A stretch of DNA of 64,000 nt from Candidatus Sungiibacteriota bacterium. GTDB lineage: Bacteria; Patescibacteriota; Minisyncoccia; Sungbacterales; SURF-37. Position numbers and translations under genes: made by a program. Below are positions 55,916 to 64,000 of this stretch, piece after piece. The stretch lies in contig JACPMF010000004.1 in assembly GCA_016186145.1 (NCBI GenBank), positions 345 through 64,344 on the forward strand, in the 5' to 3' direction. Positions within the stretch are counted from its first letter, which is position 1; every line of letters starts with the position of its first letter. Under the pieces are notes generated by a model, which worked only from the letters and a program-made list of their open reading frames with translations, did not search any database and was not told the DNA's origin.

Positions 55916-56160
55916 TTGGGTGCGCCTGGATTTGAACCATCAACCTAAAATAAAAATGGGTCAGGATGGACTCGGACCATCGATCCCCAAGGTACCGCGC
56001 CCGACTTCGCCTTGACGAATAAATTTTGCGAGCGCCTGGATTCGAACCAGGAACCCCGGAGGTATAAGCTCCGTGCTCTAACCGTTGAGCTACGCTCGCG
56101 TAGCGGCGAAGTCAAGGCGGGCGGGTAAGCTCGATGCTTTAGCCGCTAAGCTACTGACCC
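55916..56160 (-). pseudogene. tRNA-like half-fragments bracketing an intact tRNA-Ile(UAU): 5-prime half at 56101-56160, 3-prime half at 55957-56026, and an extra 3-prime fragment at 55916-55956
   Basis: 5-prime half GGGTCAGTAGCTTAGCGGCTAAAGCATCGAGCTTACCC... and 3-prime half ...GATGGTCCGAGTCCATCCTGACCCA have complementary acceptor strands. Their inner ends also base-pair with each other (GACTTCGCC with GGCGAAGTC, CGCCC with GGGCG). Fragment GGTTGATGGTTCAAATCCAGGCGCACCCA duplicates the tRNA-Ile 3-prime end. Confidence 0.45.
56027..56099 (-). tRNA. tRNA-Ile (anticodon UAU)
   Basis: GCGAGCGTAGCTCAACGGTTAGAGCACGGAGCTTATACCTCCGGGGTTCCTGGTTCGAATCCAGGCGCTCGCA; anticodon loop CTTATAC. Confidence 0.8.
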
Positions 56161-56255
56161 TCTTTTATTGCACTTAACATTAAACACAAAAGCGAGCATA
56201 TCCTTTTCTCGCACAATAGCGGAGGTTTTGGAAAATATGTGGAAAGATATGCGAG

Positions 56256-58070
56256 CTAATCCTTCACCAACTTTTCAAATTCTTCCCGCTCAATGGTTTC
56301 TTTCTCAATAAGAATTTTTGCAATTTGTTCAAACTTCCCACGGCGTCTTATCAAAATTTCTTTTGCGCGACGGTTTGCGGCGTCCACCAGTTTTTTAACT
56401 TCCTGGTCAATAAGCCGCGCTGTCTCTTCGGAATATTGACGACCGGTGGAAAAATCTCGGCCAAGAAAAACCGCCTCCTCCTTTTCACTCCAAACGCTTG
56501 GGCCTAATTTTTCCGACATACCAAACCGCGCGACAACGCTTCTCGCAATATCTGTTGCTTTTTCAAGATCATTGTGCGGTCCGGTGGTAACTTCATTAAA
56601 TATCAACTTCTCAGCGGCATATCCACCGAGAGCTACCGCCAACTCATCTAAAAACTGTGAATAAGAAAACAAATGGCGCTCCTCTATCGGAATCTTTAAC
56701 GTGTAGCCGCCGGCGCGTCCACGGGACACAATAGTAATTTTATGAACGGGATCTGCGTGCTCAACCGAGGCCGCAACCAGAGCATGCCCGGCTTCGTGGT
56801 AAGCCGTTATTTTTTTCTCCTCGACGGTCAGAAGACGCGACTTTCGTTCCGGTCCTAACATTACTTTCTCTATAGACTTTATAAGATCGATCTGCGAAAC
56901 CTTTTTCCGATTTTCGCGCGCGGCAAGAATCGCCGCCTCGTTCATAAGATTCTCAAGGTCCGCGCCGGAAAAACCAGGCGTGCGCTCGGCAATCACCCGT
57001 AGTCGCACATCATCCGTAAGCGGCTTATTCCGGCCGTGGATATGAAGAATTTCCTCCCGGCCATTAATATCCGGCAAATCCATCACCACCCTCCGGTCAA
57101 ACCTGCCGGGCCGCAAAAGCGCGGGATCCAAAACATCGGGTCGGTTGGTCGCGGCAATGACAATAACGCGATCGTCCGTTTCCATGCCGTCCATTTCAAC
57201 GAGAATTTGATTGAGCGTCTGCTCTCTCTCGTCATGTCCACCGCCAAGCCCGGCCCCACGCACCCTTCCTACCGCATCAAGCTCATCGACAAAAATTATC
57301 GCCGGCGCGGCTTTTTTGGCAAGACGAAAGAGGTCCCTGACTCTCGAAGCCCCTACCCCGACAAACATTTCAATAAATTCCGAAGCCGACATGTGAAAAA
57401 ACGGAACGCCGGCCTCGCCCGAAACCGCTTTTGCAAGAAGCGTTTTCCCGCATCCTGGCGGCCCCATTAACAAAACTCCTTTTGGAATTTTTGCGCCGAT
57501 ATCCAAAAACTTCTTGGGGTTCTTCAAAAAATCAACAACTTCTTTCAGCTCTTCTTTCGCCTCTTCCGCTCCCGCGACATCTTTGAAGGTAACCTGCTCT
57601 TTCTGGCCGGGCGAAATAAGCCGCGCCCGCGACTGGCCGAAGGTAAATGCCTGCATAGAGCCGCGCTGAACCTGGCGCGCCGTCCACCAGATAAAAAACC
57701 CGATCAACAAAATCGGTAAAAGAATCGGCAACAAAGCGCCGAGCCAAAACGAAATCCCGCCTTCGGTTTTCACTTCTATCGTAATCTCCCGAAGGCGTTC
57801 TTCCGAAACCCCGTAATCCCGCAGAATTTCAATCAAGCCGACCCCGGTTTCTTTTCGTGAAGTAACAATAACGCCGTCTTTTCGCAATGCCTCGAGCTGG
57901 CTTTCTGCAATGGTAATTTTTTGGAGTTCGCCTTGATTAACCGCGCTCACCAATTCAGAAAGCGAAACTTCTTTCTTCTCTTGCAGTGATTCGGTTATAA
58001 GGGCGTAAACCCCTGAAACCAAAACAAGAATGATAAGGGCGTAAATAATATGTTTGGAAAAATCGCGCAT
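56256..58070 (-). CDS. ftsH: ATP-dependent zinc metalloprotease FtsH
   Basis: N-terminal TM segments, AAA module (GPPGCGKT), HEAGHAL zinc-binding motif. Confidence 0.95.
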   Translation of the reverse strand: MRDFSKHIIYALIILVLVSGVYALITESLQEKKEVSLSELVSAVNQGELQKITIAESQLEALRKDGVIVTSRKETGVGLIEILRDYGVSEERLREITIEVKTEGGISFWLGALLPILLPILLIGFFIWWTARQVQRGSMQAFTFGQSRARLISPGQKEQVTFKDVAGAEEAKEELKEVVDFLKNPKKFLDIGAKIPKGVLLMGPPGCGKTLLAKAVSGEAGVPFFHMSASEFIEMFVGVGASRVRDLFRLAKKAAPAIIFVDELDAVGRVRGAGLGGGHDEREQTLNQILVEMDGMETDDRVIVIAATNRPDVLDPALLRPGRFDRRVVMDLPDINGREEILHIHGRNKPLTDDVRLRVIAERTPGFSGADLENLMNEAAILAARENRKKVSQIDLIKSIEKVMLGPERKSRLLTVEEKKITAYHEAGHALVAASVEHADPVHKITIVSRGRAGGYTLKIPIEERHLFSYSQFLDELAVALGGYAAEKLIFNEVTTGPHNDLEKATDIARSVVARFGMSEKLGPSVWSEKEEAVFLGRDFSTGRQYSEETARLIDQEVKKLVDAANRRAKEILIRRRGKFEQIAKILIEKETIEREEFEKLVKD

Positions 58071-58189
58071 AATTAAAATCGTACTATATTTTCGTCACGC
58101 ATTCAAGAGGGCGACTCTTCTCCTGCAAAACGAAGGCCGATCAATAAAACGGAGATCGATCAATTCTCTCATTTCTCTCATCCCCGCCA

Positions 58190-58225
58190 AATAAAACCTA
58201 TCGGTTTTATTTGGCGGAAAAGGCA
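58190..58225. repeat. perfect 15-bp-stem palindrome ccgccaaataaaacc-tatc-ggttttatttggcgg; a related half copy at 58850-58880
   Basis: These flank the 58235-58831 gene. Confidence 0.45.
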
Positions 58226-58234
58226 AAACCCGTA

Positions 58235-58831
58235 TTACCAGACTCTGAAATGACGGCGGATGGCAACCTCCCCATTCCCGAGTGACGAGGTTTCGAAAAA
58301 GCAAACATGGCGATTAATATCTAAAAATTGAACAAGAAAATCAATTTCATCCTCACAGGGGTAGGGGTACGCGAAAACGCTTTTTTGTAAACCGAATAGC
58401 CCCAAATCTTTGAGCCGGTCGCTAAAAATTCTCCTCTCCTTCTTCTTATTTTCCGGGATGTCGAAAATGACCACCCGCCACTTCTTATCCCACCGCCGCG
58501 GTTTTTCCGGTAACCGCAACGCATCAAATTCAAATTTACGCAGTTTCTTCCGACCGCTTTCCGTAATTACAATATATGTTTCATTTCCGCGTTGTTCGTA
58601 TTCCACATATCTTCTCTTCCGTAGACGCTCAATACCCCTTTGGAGCTGCCATTGCCCGTATTCGCGACGCAATCGCGCCGGATCACTCCGAAGAATCGGC
58701 GCAAGCAATATTCCCATATTCGGCGCCACCAACATTGATGCCACAACCGCACCGCCGCCGACAATCTTCAAAATATCCAGCGCAATAGATCCGTAATGAA
58801 TATCTCTCCCCATACAAAACGAACCTATCAA
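58235..58831 (-). CDS. membrane-anchored winged-helix plus Cas2-fold-like (PaaX-C-like) domain protein
   Basis: KKWRVVIFDIPENKKKERRIFSDRLKDLGLFGLQKSVFAYP resembles the Cas2/PaaX C-terminal pattern; N-terminal TM. Confidence 0.4.
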   Translation of the reverse strand: MIGSFCMGRDIHYGSIALDILKIVGGGAVVASMLVAPNMGILLAPILRSDPARLRREYGQWQLQRGIERLRKRRYVEYEQRGNETYIVITESGRKKLRKFEFDALRLPEKPRRWDKKWRVVIFDIPENKKKERRIFSDRLKDLGLFGLQKSVFAYPYPCEDEIDFLVQFLDINRHVCFFETSSLGNGEVAIRRHFRVW

Positions 58832-59064
58832 ACACTTTCTATCGTGTCAAATAAGTCCTATAGGATCTATTTGGCGGATGTGAAAGTTCGAAAAAAACGG
58901 AGCTCTTTCGACGGAGTTCTTGCGGAGGAAATTAAAAAACGGGCTCTGGCGAATCGCTCGATAGCGATCACCAGAACCCGCGCTTGTCCTCCGAAGCGCC
59001 TGTGCGCGTAGGAGGATGTTACTTGCCCGCCCCGCTTAGAAGCGGGACGGGGCTAATTGTTGAA

Positions 59065-60405
59065 CTACTCGTCGTCCTGGCGGCTCGAATCGCCGCGGCG
59101 ACCGCGACCACCCTTGCCACCCTTGCGACCCTTGGCCTGGCGGGGTCCCCGGTCCTCGTCGGACCGGTGGTAGCGCGGCGTCTGCGGCTTGAACTGCCGC
59201 TGGTCGCCGGCCGGGGTCTGCGACTGGAACTTCCAGCCGCCGGCCTTCCGGAAGAGAACCATCAGGAAGACCATCGGCCTCCCGTCTTCCATGGCCTGCA
59301 TGCCGTCGAAGCTGTACTTGAGCTTCCACTGGAAGAGCGTTGCGGCTCGCGCCTCACGCTCCTCTGTCGCCGGCTTCGCAGTGAACCGGGCGAGCCCAGG
59401 CCACACCGAGCCCACCGCGCCGAGGAGCTCGCCCTTGGCGATCCCCTGGCCGTCCACGCCGTGGTACCGAACCCACCCGGTGCCCTCGAGCTGATAGCCC
59501 GACCGCGTGTCTTTGAAGTCTTGCTCACGCTTGAGCACGAACTCCACGACATCACCGATGTTGAGCTGGCCGGCGTCCAGATCGGCGAGCGTCTTGCCCT
59601 CGACGGGCTTGAACTGCTCGCGGTACTTCGCGAGAAGCGCTTCGCTCGCCTCACGCTTCTCAGCGTAAGTCTCCTTGGTCACCCTCTGATGCGTGACCCA
59701 CGCGCCGATCAGCGTATCCGCGACCTTCGGGTCATACCCTTCGGGCTTCGGCTCGTCCTTCCCGAAGTACCTCTTCGCGAAGTGCCGATAGGCTCTGGTG
59801 TTGCCGACGACCGGCAACGACCAGATCGTCTGCGGCTTCGCGGGCGGCCGCGGGGCATCCGGGATGTCCGCCTCTTCGTCGCCCTTCTCGACGACGGCGC
59901 CGTACATGGCGTCGTAGTCGGCCTTCTCGGCCTCGTACTTCACCATCTTCGGCTTCCATTCGTCCCAGGCCGTGCGATTGGCCTGCTTTTCCGCATCGTC
60001 CACCCCACGCATGATGCCGCGGGCGATGAGGTCGTCGATGACCTCGTGCGCCTCGGGCAAGGTGTAGAGCCCGGCGATGAACGCCGAGTACACCTCCGGA
60101 AGCGAACGGATCTTGGCCATCACGACGGCGATCTGCTCGCGGAACGACACCGCTGCGGCATCGTCGTGCTTCTTCTCGGCCTCGCGGAGGCCGTTCTTCC
60201 TCTCGGCAAGAGCCGTGAGGAACTTTTCCGTCAGCGCATCCCGCTTGACTTCGTCAGCGAGGACGCGCTTCACCGGCGCCGGCTTCGGCGTTCCGGTGGT
60301 CACCTGCTGGGCCGCTGGCCGCGGCCTCTCCACGATCGCGATCGTCGGCAGTGCGACGACCGCTTCGAACGCCTTCTCGATCTCCTTCAGGTCCATCAGG
60401 TCCAT
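59065..60405 (-). CDS. hypothetical protein with a C-terminal RG-rich tail, in a high-GC (about 65%) island
   Basis: 446-aa ORF with normal amino-acid composition; the overlapping plus-strand ORF is R/L/P-rich antisense junk. Confidence 0.5.
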   Translation of the reverse strand: MDLMDLKEIEKAFEAVVALPTIAIVERPRPAAQQVTTGTPKPAPVKRVLADEVKRDALTEKFLTALAERKNGLREAEKKHDDAAAVSFREQIAVVMAKIRSLPEVYSAFIAGLYTLPEAHEVIDDLIARGIMRGVDDAEKQANRTAWDEWKPKMVKYEAEKADYDAMYGAVVEKGDEEADIPDAPRPPAKPQTIWSLPVVGNTRAYRHFAKRYFGKDEPKPEGYDPKVADTLIGAWVTHQRVTKETYAEKREASEALLAKYREQFKPVEGKTLADLDAGQLNIGDVVEFVLKREQDFKDTRSGYQLEGTGWVRYHGVDGQGIAKGELLGAVGSVWPGLARFTAKPATEEREARAATLFQWKLKYSFDGMQAMEDGRPMVFLMVLFRKAGGWKFQSQTPAGDQRQFKPQTPRYHRSDEDRGPRQAKGRKGGKGGRGRRGDSSRQDDE

Positions 60406-60447
60406 CTTTCCCCTCCTGGGAATGGCGCATTGCTACGCCGGTTATGT

Positions 60448-61044
60448 TTAGGTTTCAGCCAAGAGAGCGCGAATTTCTTCGGCACCCCGCTCGGCTCTCA
60501 TCAAAAGCTCGCTCTTCCCCCCTTTCGGTTCTTCCGACACGCAATCACCGTTTGACCGGCAATGCGCATCGAGTTTTTCGATTTCCTCTTCGGACAACCT
60601 GTAAGCGCCCTTCCCAAGAGGAAAGAGCACCAGCTCTTCCGCCCAGCACTCCGCAAACCTCCCGTTGTTGATAAAAAGCGTTGCCTTGCCGAGCTGGTCA
60701 ACTTCCCACACCCCGACAATGCGTTGCCAGTCGCTATCAAAAAAAACTGCGTGTTCGCCAATCGGAGATCGTGAAGAACCGACTATATCCTTTGCCTTGT
60801 AAGCAGAAGAAGGTACGAAAAAGTTCTCACCGACGAAACCGAGGACCTGCTCGTTCGGAACATCCTCGTCCGAATAACCTCTCGGGCCGAGAAACCGAAC
60901 CTTGACGGACTCGCCGCCGTTGTCATCAGAAAAAAGAAGGAATCCAAACCTTCGTCCTTCCACTCCCTTGGTTGCCGTTCCGCAATGCGCGCAAACCTCG
61001 TCGGCTGGCACGCGGACGGCGACCCGCTTCAGTCCGTGAACCAT
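60448..61044 (-). CDS. hypothetical protein (GC-rich island, second gene)
   Basis: 198 aa; CAHCG motif. Confidence 0.45.
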   Translation of the reverse strand: MVHGLKRVAVRVPADEVCAHCGTATKGVEGRRFGFLLFSDDNGGESVKVRFLGPRGYSDEDVPNEQVLGFVGENFFVPSSAYKAKDIVGSSRSPIGEHAVFFDSDWQRIVGVWEVDQLGKATLFINNGRFAECWAEELVLFPLGKGAYRLSEEEIEKLDAHCRSNGDCVSEEPKGGKSELLMRAERGAEEIRALLAET

Positions 61045-61293
61045 CGCATAACCACCATCCTTTCTTTGATGTAGTCTCGATTTTTAAGGATCAACTCGGG
61101 TTGTTACCCCGAAATAACAAACCTTGATTACTTATTTTCGGCTCCAGATCTGTTATTTCAGAATACTTGCCTACATTATATCATTTCTGTATAACTTGTC
61201 AACCCCACTAAAGAAACGCTAAAAAACCAGCTATTGCTGAACTTAATAGCTGCGGCAAAATAAGCCGCTTTACCCCTTTTCGGCTTTTAGTCT

Positions 61294-61890
61294 TTAACGG
61301 GCCAAATAGTTATGAGCTATCCCGAATTCACTAAGACGATGTGCAAGAAGGTCGAGCGGCAAGCCCAGCACATTAAAATAGTCCCCTTGAATACGGTCAA
61401 CAAAAAGACCCGCCAAACCCTGTACCGTGTAACCGCCGGCCTTGCCGAACGGCTCCTGTGACTTAACGTATGCGTCTATTTCTGCGTCGGAAATCGGTTT
61501 AAAAGAGACGAACGTTTCAACGGCATCCACGACAAATTGGTGCGTATCGGCATCATACAAAGAAAGACCGGTTATGACGCTGTGCGTGTCGCCGTTCAGC
61601 TTCTTTAGCATTTCTTTGGCATGCGCCGCGCTTTGGGGCTTGCCAAAAATCTCGCCATTATGAAACACAACGGTGTCTGCGCCGACAACAAGAGAACCCG
61701 AAAACCTCTCGGCAACGCCCTTTGCTTTTGCGAGCGCCAGGGTCTTCACTAATTTCTCCGGGTCCCCGATTTCAACTGCCCGCTCGTCAAAATCGCTCGG
61801 TTGAACGATAAACTCAAAACCGAACTTTTTAAAAAGTTCCTGGCGTTGAAGTGACGACGATGCAAGTATGATTTTTTTACTAATCGGCAT
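61294..61890 (-). CDS. maf: Maf-like nucleoside triphosphate pyrophosphatase
   Basis: ILASSSLQRQELFKKFGFEF..., GADTVV; start set at MPISKK. Confidence 0.85.
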   Translation of the reverse strand: MPISKKIILASSSLQRQELFKKFGFEFIVQPSDFDERAVEIGDPEKLVKTLALAKAKGVAERFSGSLVVGADTVVFHNGEIFGKPQSAAHAKEMLKKLNGDTHSVITGLSLYDADTHQFVVDAVETFVSFKPISDAEIDAYVKSQEPFGKAGGYTVQGLAGLFVDRIQGDYFNVLGLPLDLLAHRLSEFGIAHNYLAR

Positions 61891-62025
61891 ACTTAATAGT
61901 TTAACAAAAATCTTGGTGCTGTAATTATACACTTCGCGCGAACCTTTTTTGAGAAGAACTGACCGCCTCCGCTTCGCTCCGACGGAACGCTCGGGCGCGG
62001 CGGAATTCCCCCCACACCCCCCTTC

Positions 62026-62065
62026 CGCCGCGCCTTCGCGGGAAGCCACAATTTTTTCGCCGCCA
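62026..62065. repeat. 40-bp perfect inverted repeat (left arm), CGCCGCGCCTTCGCGGGAAGCCACAATTTTTTCGCCGCCA
   Basis: Reverse complement is identical to 63961-64000 at the window end; this GC-rich repeat sits in AT-rich DNA. Confidence 0.75.
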
Positions 62066-62067
62066 AA

Positions 62068-63681
62068 TCAAATAATTTTAGCTTCTCTCAAAACCTGTCT
62101 AACGCTTTTATTACAGTTATGAATTTTCTCCAAAGCCAGCTTTGCTTGTTTCTTGCTGATAAAGCCCACCGTAACTTCGCGCGCTAGACGCGTAGCGTCT
62201 GGATGAAAACCGAGCATTCGTCTTGCTTTATTTTCTGCCGCTTTCGCAAAAAGACAAGAGTTCGCATTTGATTCAATCAACCTTTCGCCTCGTGGAATTT
62301 TCCACCCCAATTTCCTTAAAATCTTCTCCGTATCTTTAATTGTTCTTTGCAAAAGAAAGGGCAGGTGAACGATATAGACAGGCGGCTTGTTTTTGAATGG
62401 TTGTAATTTCCGAGTTGCCGAAAAAACAAACTTTTTTGACTCACCATCTTGGCTTAATCCAGCCCATTCGTTAATACCTAAAATAATCACACCAACACCA
62501 TGTTTTTGCGCCTCTCCGTAGTATGAACGAATAACAAGCCGCCTGCATAATTGGCAAGTTCTTATAAATGGAATTTTGTGCTGACATTTTGCCGAATAGT
62601 GCCTCCTGCCCTCCACATACCATTTTCTAAATTTTTCTTTTAACTCTAGCGAATCACGTTCATCGTATAAGTCAGCCGTTTTTTCGAAACAAATACGATC
62701 AACTGGTCGCATATATTTTCTCGCATCGATTTTTTCGTAATCAACATCAAGCTGTTTTGCTACTTGTTTTGCCCTCTGAAAAATATGTTTTGGGTAATAG
62801 CGTGTATCAAGTGAAAAAGCCAAAGGCGTAAATCCCATACGTTTAGCTTCATGGAGAGTGGCAGTGCTGTCTTTGCCGCCAGATATACCAACCATTGCAT
62901 CGTATTTGCCACGACCAGAACTCCTAAGCGAAAGTAGAAATTCTAACTCTTTTCTCAAATGTTCTTTGCTAAAGTTTTTTTCGTATCTTTCACAAACATC
63001 ACATAAACCGGATTTCTCTATCGTGCTAGACATATTAGTGCTGACATTTACGCATTTCTTGCACTCTACCGCTTCAACCAATGCTTTGATTTGATTAACG
63101 ATTTCTTTCTTGATTGTAACAGCCGTGTTGAAAGAAATATGAGCGATTTTTTCTACTTTATTTGTCGAAAAAAGACGCTCCTCAATTTGCCGTTCTTTTT
63201 CTGCTTCTTTTTGTGAGAAACTTTCTCGCTTGGAGACACGCACCGAAAGATGTTTGTCGGGAGTTTTCAAATAAACAACAAGGTAGCCATTCTTTTTGAA
63301 ATGAGTTGAATTTTTATAACCCCTGATTCCTGCGATTACAATAAACTTTTTAGAAAATGTTTTTTGATGAATATGAATTATTGTTTTCGCAATAACCGAC
63401 GAGGAATAACGGTTTTTGAGATGAGAGAAAAAATTGCGAGCTTCCTCGCGATCAATTTTCTGTTTAATCTTTTTCCCGTAGAGTTTATTTATTTGTTGGA
63501 TAAAACCACTTTCATTTTCTGACAACTTTTCCTTAATGGAAGCGGCGGGGTTTATAACCGTATTAAACGCCTCGATATATTTTGCATCAAGAAAAGAAGC
63601 CAAGAACAATTTGGCTATGGTTGTCTTGCCGCTTCCGGGGGCTCCAAAAACCGCTATTCCTTTGTATTTTCTTTTTATCAT
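62068..63681 (-). CDS. fusion protein: N-terminal P-loop kinase-like domain plus zinc ribbon plus TtcA/TtuA(Ncs6)-like PP-loop ATPase
   Basis: Walker A GAPGSGKTT; CKKC...CDVC zinc ribbon; PP-loop VGISGGKDS; then CQLCRRL (compare TtcA CSLCSRL). Confidence 0.65.
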   Translation of the reverse strand: MIKRKYKGIAVFGAPGSGKTTIAKLFLASFLDAKYIEAFNTVINPAASIKEKLSENESGFIQQINKLYGKKIKQKIDREEARNFFSHLKNRYSSSVIAKTIIHIHQKTFSKKFIVIAGIRGYKNSTHFKKNGYLVVYLKTPDKHLSVRVSKRESFSQKEAEKERQIEERLFSTNKVEKIAHISFNTAVTIKKEIVNQIKALVEAVECKKCVNVSTNMSSTIEKSGLCDVCERYEKNFSKEHLRKELEFLLSLRSSGRGKYDAMVGISGGKDSTATLHEAKRMGFTPLAFSLDTRYYPKHIFQRAKQVAKQLDVDYEKIDARKYMRPVDRICFEKTADLYDERDSLELKEKFRKWYVEGRRHYSAKCQHKIPFIRTCQLCRRLVIRSYYGEAQKHGVGVIILGINEWAGLSQDGESKKFVFSATRKLQPFKNKPPVYIVHLPFLLQRTIKDTEKILRKLGWKIPRGERLIESNANSCLFAKAAENKARRMLGFHPDATRLAREVTVGFISKKQAKLALEKIHNCNKSVRQVLREAKII

Positions 63682-63935
63682 ACGAAAAAATCTAGACTTT
63701 TCTTGTAGAGTCGCGCAAAAGCCTTAAGTTCTACAACATCAACTCTACGCTCTCCACGCTCGATTTTTGAAATATATGATTGAGGCTTGCCTAGCTTTTG
63801 CGCGACGTCTTCTTGTCTCAAACCAGCGTTTTCTCGCGCTTTTCGTAGGTTTTCCACAACCTTTTTGTATTCTGCTCCGTAAATACTCTTTGGCATATTG
63901 AATATATCATAGTATCCTATTGTGGTATATACCAA
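63678..63935 (-). CDS. XRE-family HTH regulator
   Basis: LRKARENAGLRQEDVAQKLGKPQSYISKIERGERRVDVVELKAFARL; 4-bp overlap with the downstream gene. Confidence 0.6.
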   Translation of the reverse strand: MVYTTIGYYDIFNMPKSIYGAEYKKVVENLRKARENAGLRQEDVAQKLGKPQSYISKIERGERRVDVVELKAFARLYKKSLDFFV

Positions 63936-63960
63936 AACGGGTTATGCTTATTTTATGAAT

Positions 63961-64000
63961 TGGCGGCGAAAAAATTGTGGCTTCCCGCGAAGGCGCGGCG
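63961..64000. repeat. 40-bp perfect inverted repeat (right arm, truncated by the window end)
   Basis: See 62026-62065. Confidence 0.75.

Noticed and set aside
58984-60555. 523-aa plus-strand ORF spanning the high-GC island
   Set aside because: Arg/Leu/Pro/Gly-rich low-complexity translation typical of the antisense frame of high-GC DNA. The minus-strand 446-aa ORF has normal protein-like composition.
1-64000. CRISPR array or rRNA genes
   Set aside because: No run of regularly spaced identical direct repeats with unique spacers was seen, and no 16S/23S/5S-like conserved blocks. The repeats present are inverted-repeat elements and palindromes.

Overview
This 64-kb window looks like bacterial chromosome at roughly 45-50% GC, densely packed with genes and carrying two small high-GC islands. 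Small genes, LAGLIDADG/GIY-YIG homing-endonuclease-like genes, tandem TrbC/VirB2-like pilin paralogs and many short repeat elements suggest a reduced-genome, possibly Patescibacteria/CPR-like organism, but that assignment is tentative. Housekeeping genes include dprA-topA, rel, parB, gyrA, ftsH, maf, htrA, rpmG, an S1-domain protein, a MoxR/DUF58/VWA (Bat-like) operon, and a PrkA-YeaH(DUF444)-SpoVR locus with a second PrkA paralog. I identify eight intact tRNAs by hand (Leu-CAA, Val-GAC, Trp-CCA, Thr-GGU, Leu-UAG, Ala-GGC, Arg-CCU, Ile-UAU); no rRNA and no CRISPR array were found. Most notable features: (1) a 5.3-kb cassette bounded by about 215-bp inverted repeats next to tRNA-Ala that carries an XRE regulator, a DGQHR (DndB-like) protein, an unknown 446-aa protein, a Dam-like DNA methyltransferase and a GIY-YIG/DUF4357 nuclease; this is a candidate defence/DNA-modification system with no dndACDE. 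(2) A second cassette bounded by inverted repeats at the window end, with an XRE regulator and a P-loop kinase fused to a TtcA/TtuA-like PP-loop ATPase. (3) Two loci where an intact tRNA gene sits inside tRNA-like half-fragments whose acceptor stems complement each other. (4) A MITE-like repeat family with CCCGTTAGAAGC terminal inverted repeats, of which three copies abut the start codons of adjacent genes. (5) About 95-bp inverted repeats that exactly bracket the yeaH-like gene. All calls come from reading the sequence by eye; no database searches were run.
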